Source of the DNA: Tubiluchus corallicola
Lineage: Eukaryota; Animalia; Priapulida
Length of the DNA: 64,000 nucleotides
NCBI GenBank assembly: GCA_030141605.1
Contig: JAQGDQ010000580.1
Location: forward strand, 1 to 64,000
Direction of reading: 5' to 3'
The position numbers were made by a program, and so were the translations under genes. The stretch's first letter is position 1. Every line of letters begins with the position of its first letter. This document shows positions 1-11,500 of this stretch, piece after piece. The notes below the pieces were generated by a model that saw nothing but the letters and a program-made list of their open reading frames with translations, was not told the origin of the DNA and did no database searches.

Positions 1-594
1 TTATTAATGATTTCTCGCTGGAGTGTTTTAATTTTAATAAAGCACGAGTGATAACCCTTTCTTCTTTCTTCATGCAAAATGATATACCAGTTTGAAGTGT
101 ACAATTTATGGTGTTGCCAATTTTAGTAAATTCAATTGGAATTGGAAATGAAAAAAAAGAGTTTGTATATTTGAATGATGTTAATTATGTTGACCATTTC
201 AATTTAGCAAAACTTTAAGCTCCGTGTTAAACTACCAAATTTCATTGTGTTTTAGTTAAGTTTACTTTTCCTAAACAGCATGTTGCAATTACGGTTAACA
301 TTACTGATATGAAAATCATAATTATTCATCGTAATTTTTAATAAATAGTCTTATATGCAAGCAATATTCGAGCTCCAAATCATATTAGTGTACAGGGAAC
401 TTTTTTTTGCAATATTGGATCGCATCATATCGATGACCAAGGTTATTAGTATTACATCGGCTGGGAAAAACAATACCGAACAATACTTCTACAAACTGCT
501 ACTACTAGAAAATCACAAAAACAATAATCAATAATTATCAAACCTACCAAACCTCTGTATCTACCTAATTAAAAAAAACAATTTGTATACTCAC

Positions 595-2032
595 CATGAT
601 TATAAACCAATTATTTACAATTGTCAGCTCAAACAAAGTTACTGAAAACAAAAATAGCATCTCATCAGACTGTTTAACACATTAAGAAAATTGTCAAACA
701 CAAGTATAAACAACTGAAAATCACTAAGTGATTTTGCATAGACTAAAGAAGTAAAATCAACATTATAAGAATAGTCTTGGTCACGGATATTAACTTTAAA
801 GTATAATTGAAATACCTCCGCTCATGAGAATGTTATCAAACGTGTTTAGGTAGTAATAATAGATGCTGTCATTTGCAGTTGTGTAAAAAGCTTCTACCGG
901 AGTACCCCTATAAAACAAAACATACGTGTTGCTAGTTAGAGAAAATTAAGGAGAAAAATTAGCAAATTTTGAAATGTGCTCAAAAAATTTCCAATAAAAA
1001 TTTATTAAAGAGCAGTATTTTACCTTGTTTATAAGACTCAAGTTAACAGAAAAGAAAATTCATTGTATTTTAAATAAACGCACGTGCAATGTATCAGTAT
1101 AAATAACATGGCAATGGTATACGTGAACTAATTAATTAAAATTGCTTACCAAAATGTCATTTCTACTACACATTCAGCAGAATCAAAATTAATTTGAAGT
1201 GTTGTGTTACATTCATGTAAGGGAGTCATAACTTATCTGGTAGCAAATATAGCTTTGCTTGAATGCACAACATAAAAACTAAAAAACAGAAGAATGTGTT
1301 GACTGTATTACTATCATCTTTCAGAAGGCAAGAAAGTGATTAAAAGCAGGGAAGGTGCCAATAAATCCTTGTAAACAGCAGGATATCATTCAGAATGTAA
1401 CACTGATATCTATATAACCTGGCGCCGAATGGTGCATGCTGAGAGGCTTAATATACAAACAGTAATTTTATAGGTACTTATAGATATGTTGATAATACAA
1501 CATACTTGCAGCAGTTTCGTAGTTCAACATCAGCAAACATTTCCATCCCAACAACAGCAAAGAAATAATAAAGAATGAGAAGAACAATGCCTACACTGAA
1601 ATAAAAACATGCTATTTTATTGCAATGACAATTAATCAATATGCCTTAGCCGGAAGCAAATTTAAGTCTCTCCTATGATGCAATTAGAGATTGTAATAAA
1701 TACTTATGACGTTGTTTGTAAATTAAAATACTAAAAGTGAAAAATTCATTGATATTAAATTACTATTACAGCACAAAAAAAGTGAAATAATCTAACTACG
1801 ATAAAAACGAACCGAAAAGCACAAATTTTGATATTTTCCACAAATAACATCAATTTTGTCTCACTTAAAGTAAAAAAGCACATGAAATCACTGCTAAGCA
1901 ATGGCAAAGAATAATTCAGCTTTTAAGAAATTAAATATATTCAAAATTAAAAAGGTAATGTGTTATTATTTTTGAGGGAATTACCTGAATAACCGAGGTA
2001 GCAACACAAACAATGTTCCAAAGACATCTCGA
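595..2032 (-). CDS. TPCN1: Two-pore calcium channel 1 (TPC1-like), partial: four exons of domain II (S4-S5 linker, S5, pore); 5'-truncated at 2032 and continuing beyond the left window edge
   Basis: Minus-strand exons 1985-2032 (RDVFGTLFVLLPRLFS), 1506-1595 (VGIVLLILYYFFAVVGMEMFADVELRNCCK), 816-907 (GTPVEAFYTTANDSIYYYYLNTFDNILMSG) and 595-641 (VTLFELTIVNNWFIIM) have GT-AG boundaries and matching phases. They match the TPC1 motifs LLPRM, YYxFAxVGME, YYLNxFDNI and the VNNW selectivity filter. Confidence 0.9.
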
Positions 2033-2299
2033 CCAGTGACGAGGGAATATTTGAAAAATACTGATCCTGTGTTTGGTTATCCTCAGTTTGTGCGATTTAG
2101 TTGGGCAACAGCTGCGAAAATAATACAAGATAATTGTGTGTCAGTATATTGGGAGGATGATGATGAAGAACAAGAAAAGAAACCTCCAACAGGTACGCCA
2201 ACTCTCTCCGCTTTCTTCCGGTGCAAGAAAGAGAGGGCTATTCCCACTCCACATCGATATTTTCGTGAAAGACATTTACGTCCTGTAAACCATCTTTAG
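2033..2299 (+). CDS. RNASEH2A: Ribonuclease H2 subunit A, C-terminal (last) exon only; no acceptor and no upstream exons in the window
   Basis: PVTREYLKNTDPVFGYPQFVRFSWATAAKII...VYWEDDD...HRYFRERHL...* matches the RNASEH2A C-terminus (PVFGFPQFVRFSWxTA...WED...HRYFxERxL). Stop TAG ends at 2299. Confidence 0.88.
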   Translation, partial: PVTREYLKNTDPVFGYPQFVRFSWATAAKIIQDNCVSVYWEDDDEEQEKKPPTGTPTLSAFFRCKKERAIPTPHRYFRERHLRPVNHL

Positions 2300-3776
2300 C
2301 GAATGCAATAACGCGTTTGAACAGTGTATTATATAAGCTAAGTTCTGTCAACATTGCATGATACTGTAAGTGAAGACATTTAATACTGACCAGTACTATC
2401 TGTGGAAATCATATAAATTATTACATATTTATGGGTTTGTAGATATTGCGCATTTTTCAATTGTCTGAGAATGAAAGCTTTTCTCATCAACAAATTACTT
2501 AGAGAGACTTTTTACAACTTGAAAGTGTAAAGTACTGTTTGTGCATGACTAGTGGATTTATAATTTGATGTGTCATAACTTCAGTATATAGTTTTGAATA
2601 TTAGTCTTTATTGCTTGAAATTAATAAAAAATGACACATTTAAAGTATGTGATTAATTTTATTTTCTGATAGAAAATGCAAAAAAATTATTGAACATTTT
2701 ACATTGCTCGGTGTAATGTAATTAAATCCTTAAAATGATGTGCGTGCGTGTACTATGCACCACATCTAAAACATATTAATGATATTGTTGTACAATTTAT
2801 TATAATTCAACCAGTGTTTGCCAAAAGGTCAATATATAAGTATAAGTCGCAAACAGCCCTGCACACAAACGGAATTAAATTAGAATTGTACAATTTACAT
2901 CATTTTAGAAATTTACATCATTTTCACAAGAATCATTATTAAGAAACATGTGCTTTGCTGCAGGGCTGCATATGTCATTCCCTAAGCTTATTCGATTTAC
3001 ATTATCTTACTCGCGAGAATTATTATTTATTGACGAGTCATTCGAATGGAACCATGGCTGCTAGTGTGTTGTCTCTCAACTATGATGTTGATAGTATCAG
3101 CAGCATTTTGAACAACATTAGAGAGAGAATCGAGTTGTAGAATCATCCAAACAAAGCTGTTAATGCAGCTGACTTACTGTTTGTAAACTACATTTATTTG
3201 TTTACTGTTTCGAATAGTGAGATGAATATACAATATTTTTCAATAAATAGACCCAACCTAAAAAAAACTTAGTTTCGGTGATTTTTTAGTATGTATTAAA
3301 TATATTTATTGTAATGTAATGTGGAATCAGAATAACATTTATTATTTTTGTTATTCTAATTATGACCTTTTGAGGCCTGTCGGATAATGAGCCAATGACG
3401 CCCGCATCCGTCTTGAATATTTTTTACTCGTGATATATTTTAGCGACATTTACGTAATTTGAAGTAAACTAATTGCAAATTCTTTAAATAAACTAGAGTA
3501 ACTTTAAGAAATACCAGTATTTTACTATTGATTATTGCAAACCAAATTAGCACATATTTCGACACAAACATAGTGAAAATCAGTTTTTTTACCAAAATGT
3601 TACCAAAGCTTGAGCACCCCCAAGCCTTCAGGAGATCTAGGCTGCGACCTATAGGGTAATCCGCATTGGTAATATCATAAGTGACAGTCACAGTTGCATT
3701 ACTTATTTTTTGAATTTTAGAATGGCAAAATTTTATTGATAAACTTTAAGAAGTTTGAATTGAGATACTTCACAAG

Positions 3777-5488
3777 ATGCAGGAAAGCACGAAAGAGGGG
3801 AATTTTATGGAATTCCTTGACAACAGCACATTTTGGGATCATAATAAGGCCATTAACTCTGTGCGGAGTACTGAGTTTGATAGACTGCATGGTGAGTTGG
3901 TAAACTGCGATGAAAATTTATTCATTAATTGGCCTGCTTAGTTAATTATTACATTATTGATATGGATGATTTCTTTGTTTGTCTTGAATCGCACATGACA
4001 GGCATATGATAGAAAAAATTCCAGACTTTCTGTTAAGGAATTGCTATACAGTGATTAAAGTTATTGGGGCATTGCATATACAGTTTGATACTGTGCCAGT
4101 CAGGATCCAGCAACTCGGTGGCATCAGCCACACTTCCCGCTCAATAGTGATGATTGTAGCAAAAGTGGAATCTAGCTCGTAGTATCAAGGATGAACTTCA
4201 TTGAATCGACGGAAGCATCTTAGCTCCATTCAGAAATGTTTACATCATCCTTCAACAAGCTAAGTGTTACATTATTCCAATCTGACAGCTTATTGTGCAT
4301 GTAACAGTGTGCTGGCCCTGCTTTTTTCGTGAAGTTACTTTTGGATTAGTGTTATCATATTCTTGTTTGTTCTTGTAGTACAGAATGTCCTGTCAAATAT
4401 TGGGAATGGCAAGTTTATTGAAAGTTAAATTATACTTAATGACTGTATGATTCTTCATTTCAGGCATGACATTCTTGGACCATGCTGGCAGCACTTTGTA
4501 TGCAAAGTCTCAACTGAGCAATATTTTTTCCGACCTGAGTAATAACATATATTCTAATCCACATAGTCATCATTCTAGTAGCCAGCTGACTACCGACTTG
4601 ATTGACCAAATGCGATTTAGGTAATTTTTCTAGTTTTTGTTGTTGAATACAATTTGATGCTGAAATTAATTGTCATTTTTTTATTAATAGCGATTAGTGA
4701 TGTTAATTGAAGTTTGCACTAGAAGTAGTAAAGAGTTGACCATCACTGCATCTGATGTAAATCATGGATGTATCAATGAAATATCTATCCCAGCCTGCTC
4801 TTAACTGCGAGCTATGTGATCAATCTCTTGTTTAACTTATACAAAAATCACTTCCTGTTAGAATACGAACCGAAAATCTCATGTAAGCTGTCACGGTTTT
4901 CATTTTAAAGATTTTGGTAACAACAAAGCATGTAGGCAGTAAACTAAATTTTTCCATTATTTACCTCATCTTGGATTCCTGGCCCCAGGTAAGTCTGTAA
5001 TGGGGACATTTTCCTAATGACACCGTACAAGCTGGTCCTTGTTCTTTGCCTGAGCTTTTTGACATTACTGTTTGCCGTGATGTTTATTCAACTGTATCAT
5101 AATAACACTATACCATAATATCTGACAGTGTGAAGGCCAATATCACTAAGAAATATTCGGAATTAAGATTTTATTCTTTGTTCTACAGCTGAGACCAGAA
5201 TGCAAAGATAGGTCAGTTTTATTAATGCAATTTTGCCAGTACTTTTGCATGCAAACAATTTCAGTTCATAAACACAGAAGCAACTAAACTTGAAATATTG
5301 ACAGATTGCGAACACATACTTAAAGCAAAAAAAACTTTGAGTGCTTAACAAATGAAAAACTATCACCGCTCCTTCAGATGAAAGAAATTTACCCGAAGGA
5401 TCACTGCCATAAATTTGCTTTTGTTGATCTGAGGATTGGTGTAACACATCCAATAACCAACACATCAGTTATAGCAATGTATGTGTGT

Positions 5489-5534
<46 letters not shown>

Positions 5535-8500
5535 TAGGACCTCTGTTTTCGACCATAATTCGTTCCTAAAAAGTGTTTGAAAACCGATTTGGTTGAGTAC
5601 CGAATCAATTATTCCCATAAGAAATAATGTAAAAGCAAATAATTCGTTCTCAAGAACCAAATGAACTGTCAGGTATTATTAAAACGAAGTATGATAATGC
5701 AAAAATGTTTATTCAAATAGTAGGTATGATATAATTGATAAGAAAAATATAATAGAATTACTTAGAAAGAAAAACATAATTATTCCTGCATGAAAAACCC
5801 TTACGTGTTGGTAACTGTATGATGGCATACGTAGGCTAAGTGGGTAGGGTGGGGGAAAAATAATCCAGGAAAAGTAAGCGGCGAAAGCACTTATGTATAT
5901 GTATAGTGAAGTGGCAGAGCGCTAGTCTATGAATGTTTGTAATGTAACTGGTTGTTAGTGTGTAGTTGCTAGTATTTGCCTGTACCATTAGGAAATGATG
6001 GTTATAGTTAAAACCATGTAGTGCATTGATATTAACTGTATTTTTTAAGGATTTTGAAGTTCTTCAACGTGTCACCAAAAGAATACTCGGTGATATTTAC
6101 ATCTAGTTGTACAGCAGCTTTAAAGCTTCTAGCTGAGACTTTTGACTGGAATAATGGTAATGATTTGGCCGCCACCAAAATTCCAAAGGGGCACTTTGCA
6201 TATTTGGAAGACAATCACACCTCCGTGATAGGGATGCGAGAGTTAGCTAAACAAAATGGAGCAGGAGTAGTTTGTCTCTCGGAAACTGATATCCAGTTAC
6301 TGCAAACTCATCGAGTGCATTTATCGCCACCAAAGGAAGTTTGCCCACATTACAATAACCTGTTTGCATATTCAGCTCAGTGCAATTTTTCGGGTAGGAA
6401 ATTTCCACTTTCTTGGATTGATGAAGTGAAGAATGGTTTACTTACCATTGCTTCGTTATTACCTTTTAAAAGTGGCAATAGTCTTGATAGAGACTTTGCC
6501 GGCTGCTTTGAATTGAAAAAGGAAGAACTGCCTCGGTCATGCCAGTTTTGTAAGGTGAGGTGGTGATTATTAGCCATGTTTTTTTTCTGTTAACATTTTT
6601 ATTCCTATGGGATTAATATTACTTTTGATATATGTTTTATAGTGTGTGTGTTCTTAATTTTTTTCTTAGATTTCATAAAAATTTTTAGTAATATGCAAGT
6701 AATGTCAAACACATTTCTAAATGCATTGAGTTTGCAGATCTCTATATAATAACTGTCATTATCAGTTAACGTTGTGTTTATGTGTTTTTTTTTGGCTTGT
6801 ATCATAACTCCGATTTTATGTTACTGCTCTGAAATCATTCGAGTTTTATGCAAAGTCAACATATGTTTTCCGTTTGTCTTAGTGGTATGTCGTGCTGGAT
6901 TGTGCTGGAATAGCGGGAACGTCGCAGTTAGATCTTCATGCGTGCTCACCTGATTTTGCAACGCTTTCTTTCTATAAGGTTTGTGAATTTATTTGGAATT
7001 TTTTGATGAATTTTTTTAAAGTGTCATAGCATTCCTTCGTGTTTGTTATTTACTAAATAGGGCAATCATTGTGTTTAATGTACGGTTTTATGTTTGCAAT
7101 TTTCTGCTGATATAAAATTATGTGCAATACTTCAATATTACCATCATGTCATTTTGCCCTTCTAACTATTGTCATTGTTTCTAACAAATTTGCAACACCA
7201 ATAGCAAATTGGTAAAAGATGTTTTCTGTGACAAATAGCTGCTACGTAATTCTGGTACACAGAATGCGATTCAAGATTATTACCAACTTAATTCAAAAGT
7301 TTCCTTAAATTTACAATATTTTTAGTATTTTGTTCATTTGATTTTTTCGTTTGACTAAGGGTCAACAAGAATGTTTCCTAATGTCTCTGTAGCAATAGTT
7401 CGTTTGTTGTTTTTGCATTGTCTCAGGACACATTTAAATGTTCGTTTCAAGTGCTTTATTACATCATAGATTAATCCTTAATAAGGTGTTCTGGTGTATG
7501 CTGGCAAATCAGGTTGCAAGTCCTTTGCTTAGTTTTTCCAGCCCTGAACTGCCGAGAGTGACTACAATTCCATTGATAATACTGGCAGAAAAACTGTATA
7601 TCTAATTACACTCTAATATTGATTTTTTACACTCTAATGCATGCTGGTTCAGTTGTTTAGTGTGGACATTTACATTATTTGCAAATTAAACGGCATTGCT
7701 TTTACTGTGTCGGAGTTTCGCTTTGTTTTAACTGAGTTGACCACCATTGGTGTTGTATATTAGATATGATGAGCAGATTGAGGGGTTGACTTAGCCAATG
7801 AGAACTTCTATCTGCTTAACCACCATGTAAACCAATATACCTATTTTGGAGCAATCTGTTAAGTTAACAGCATAAATAAGATACTATTTAGGATATGCGT
7901 GCTTAATGCCTTGTTGATTAGTAGGTAGATCTTGTGGCATTTGATTGTAGATCCTGGTTTTATTATATAGTCATTCTATTTTTGCTTTTTAATAGATGTT
8001 TGGCTATCCAACTGGTATCGGAGCTCTTTTGGTAAAAAACACCAGCACAGATGTTTTGATGAAGCGTTACTTCGGTGGTGGTACAGTTCAAATTTCCATG
8101 GCTCGGGAAGATTTTTATGTGGAAAAACAAAGTTTAAGTGACAAGTGAGGTTCTTTTACAAAAAGAGAACATGTTATAAGTAAGGTGTCTTTGCAAAGAC
8201 TGAACTAGTACTACTCTAGATAAGCAATGTTTAATTTTTTTGCTAATAGGTGTAATTTAGTTTGAATAAGATATTTCATCATTTATGAGGTTTATGTAAA
8301 AAATGTATTGCCTAATAGAAAGATAAAATGCTTCTTTACAGCAGACACTCAGATACTTTTTTGTGTGTTATGGCAACAATTGGAGCAATTTTAGAATATA
8401 ATTCATTTTTCAATTGATCAAACCAGTTATCATGTAGTACTGCTTTTATACCCAAAAGCTGTGTTTAAGAGTAATGTGAAGCTTTTGTAAGTTGCTATAT

Positions 8501-11500
8501 AAATGCTAAATATTGTGCTGCACCAAAATAATACAGTTAAAAACTCTCTTGGAACAAAGTCCCCCTTCTGGCCTCTTGTAAAAGACAAAAAACTGAAAAG
8601 CAGTCTTCTATTTTCTTTAATTTTTCTTGTTTAGATTCGAGGATGGGAGTATTCCTTTTCTAGACATTATTGCTCTTAGGTATGGGTTTGATGTCCTGGA
8701 AGGAATGGCTGGTGGAATTGAGTGCATCTCTTTGCACACTTTTACTTTGGCCAAGTAAGGATTGTATGCACGTGAAATTATAAACTGTTTTAAACTGTTT
8801 TGCGGCAATTAATATGGTAAATTGGAATATAATGAAACTATTGCACATACTCCGGCAAGTAGATATAACTAGTATACATAGATATAAATGTTGGTGTATT
8901 GTTTTAAGCTTCCTATTAAGCACGTTGACTAAATTACATTATTTCGAAACTTATAAAAAGATTAACCTTGGTTTAGTTGAAAAACTTGGCTTAATTTTGT
9001 GGAAAAAACTGCCGTGCATTAGATGTGAGATTATTGAGAGTCTTGTAATTTCCATATTGGGCTGATCACATTTATAAAAATTAAAAGATTTCAATATTTT
9101 GTTATTTTAATATAGATATTTTCATTTCATAGATATGTATACACAAAATTGAAACTTATGTGTCACGGCAACGGTGCTCCTGTGGTTTGTATCTACAATG
9201 ACACACAGTTCAAAAATATTGAAGAACAGGGAGGAATAGTTAATTTTAACATTTTGCGAGCGACGGGTGACTATGTAGGCTATTCAGAGGTATTGGTTAT
9301 AGCAATAATTAGAAAATTTCATATGTTTTAACTCTTTCCAAAATGATTAATAATTGTCACTAACTATTATTGTAATTAAAGTAACATAATGTTATTTTAT
9401 GCATTAATACCAATAACTTGCAAAACTCCTTTTGCCTGATCCACATATAACGAATGGCTTGTCCAAACTTAATAATATTTTCATATTATAAATTTGTGTG
9501 GATACACTTCCTTGTCTATAATTTAAAGTCAATTGATTTCAATTTCAAAGTTTAGCAGCTTTCATGCAGTTTTTCTTTATACTTTAATGACATAAACTGC
9601 AAGGCTAAAGTTTACAGTTCTCCACACACAACAAATCAGTTCATGAAGATGATTAGGATAAGAATTAGGTTTAGGGTTACTGAGTTAGGGTTATAGATGG
9701 GTTAGGGTTAGGGTTTTGGTATTTAAATTGTGTGGGGAATTGTAAACTCCTTCCAACTTTAATTTTAGTTTAGTTTGACCTTTTCACGCTTTAGTATTTT
9801 TGTAGGTGGATAAGATGGCATCTGTGTACGAAGTCAACGTAAGAACTGGTTGTTTTTGTAATACAGGTGCTTGCCAACGTTTCCTGGGCCTGACTTCAGA
9901 ACAGTTACGAGAAAATTACAATGTACGTTTCACAGAAATTAGAGTTATCTTTCAGATTCTGGTTAAGTGGTGTAAGTACTTGGCTAATTTGTTACATTCT
10001 TCAGATTCTTACTGTTGGTAAAGAGCAAGTCACCAGCATGCCTGACTAGTGTCCAGTGGGTCTCTCACTGCACTATCTAAACTTTTGTGCAGTACAGTCT
10101 GTTCTTCAGTACATTCAGTACAAATTAGTGAATTTTATAGTTTCACAAGTTTATGAACAACTTTAAATCTATCCCTCCCAATTATAGGCCAAATTTCACA
10201 AAATTGTCAGTATAGTCTGACACATCTTAGCAATTTTAATGTCTTTTCTGTGGATTTGTGGACACATTTTTTGGCAAGAGATATTTTTCAGCTTTTTTGT
10301 TAACTATATTGTGGTGAGCATTGAGAGTTTGGTTTTTCGTCAGGGCTTTTAAAATGAAACAAAAATCATTTGTGTGAATTTTGTAGGAAGGACACATATG
10401 TGGAGACAACATTGATTTGATTGATGGTATCCCCACTGGTTCCGTACGAGTTTCTTTTGGTTGGATGTCAACATTTGAGGATGCAGAAAAATTTCTGAGA
10501 ATGATAGAAGAATGCTTTGTTGAAAAGGAATACACCAATAAAAATTTTGATGTCCAACTGAGCAAAGAAGCCTCAAGTAGTCCTATAGAGCCAGTTGCAT
10601 CCAGGAGTGGCGATGTATCTAATTCTACATATATACAAGAAAACTTGGGTGAACATTTACAAGCTAAAACAATTGAAAAAAGTTTAGTGAAACCTGATGT
10701 TACTGATATTCGGACATGTGGGAGACTGACTCATATTTATTTGTATCCAATAAAATCTTGCGGTGCAATGGAGGTAATGGAATGGCAAATAAGTGAGAAA
10801 GGTCTGATGTACGACAGAGAATGGATGCTTACGATGGCGCCTGGAGTGGCACTAACTCAGAAAAAGGAACCTCGTCTTTGTTTAATTAAGCCTTGGATTG
10901 ATTTGGCAAAGAATGAACTGCAAATTCATTTTCCAGGTAATTCATTTAGTGGCTAAAATTCAAGTTGGTACTGTGAAATGTTTGAATGGCTTGCTGTAAA
11001 TCTGTTTTTAATTTTTTTTGTAAAGATGAGCTTCATACTAAACAGCACTAAATCTATAATTCCAAACATAATTTATTTGCTTAATAGCATCTGCCCTTGT
11101 CAAAAGGAAAGGGCAAGCAAGAATTGAAGCAAATAAACGGTGATTCTACTAGAAGCGTTGTTGTAGTAGACAATACCATTTAATGTAAAAATTATTATTA
11201 TGTGTACAGTTTGTTATCATTGTAATGTTGCTTTAGTGTTGCTATTTGGCATCAAATTAAAATACTTTGTACATTGACCAGCCTCTGATCAGGTATCAGC
11301 TCTTGCATGCCGTATTCTCAGAATGAAGATCATTAACATTTTTTACTTAATGAAACCCACTGGATGCAGATTTACTTTATTAATCATAATTCCTTTTGTA
11401 ATTTTGAGATTATGATATGTAAAAGCATGATGCGATGTTTGTGTATTTTATTAGTGCTGCATTGTTTGCATTTTTGGTTTTCTGTACAGCTCACAATTTA

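Noticed and set aside
1149-1236. Extra TPC1 exon (minus-strand GTAAG donor at ~1149)
   Set aside because: No TPC similarity, and the flanking exons already join in phase
2033-2062. Possible minus-strand acceptor (CAG at ~2061-2063) that would complete the TPC1 exon as FFKYSLVTGRDV
   Set aside because: No polypyrimidine tract, the basic KxKxRY motif is lost, and the same bases encode conserved RNASEH2A residues on the plus strand
5378-5660. ORFs with YIYIYI
   Set aside because: Translation of the (TA)n repeat
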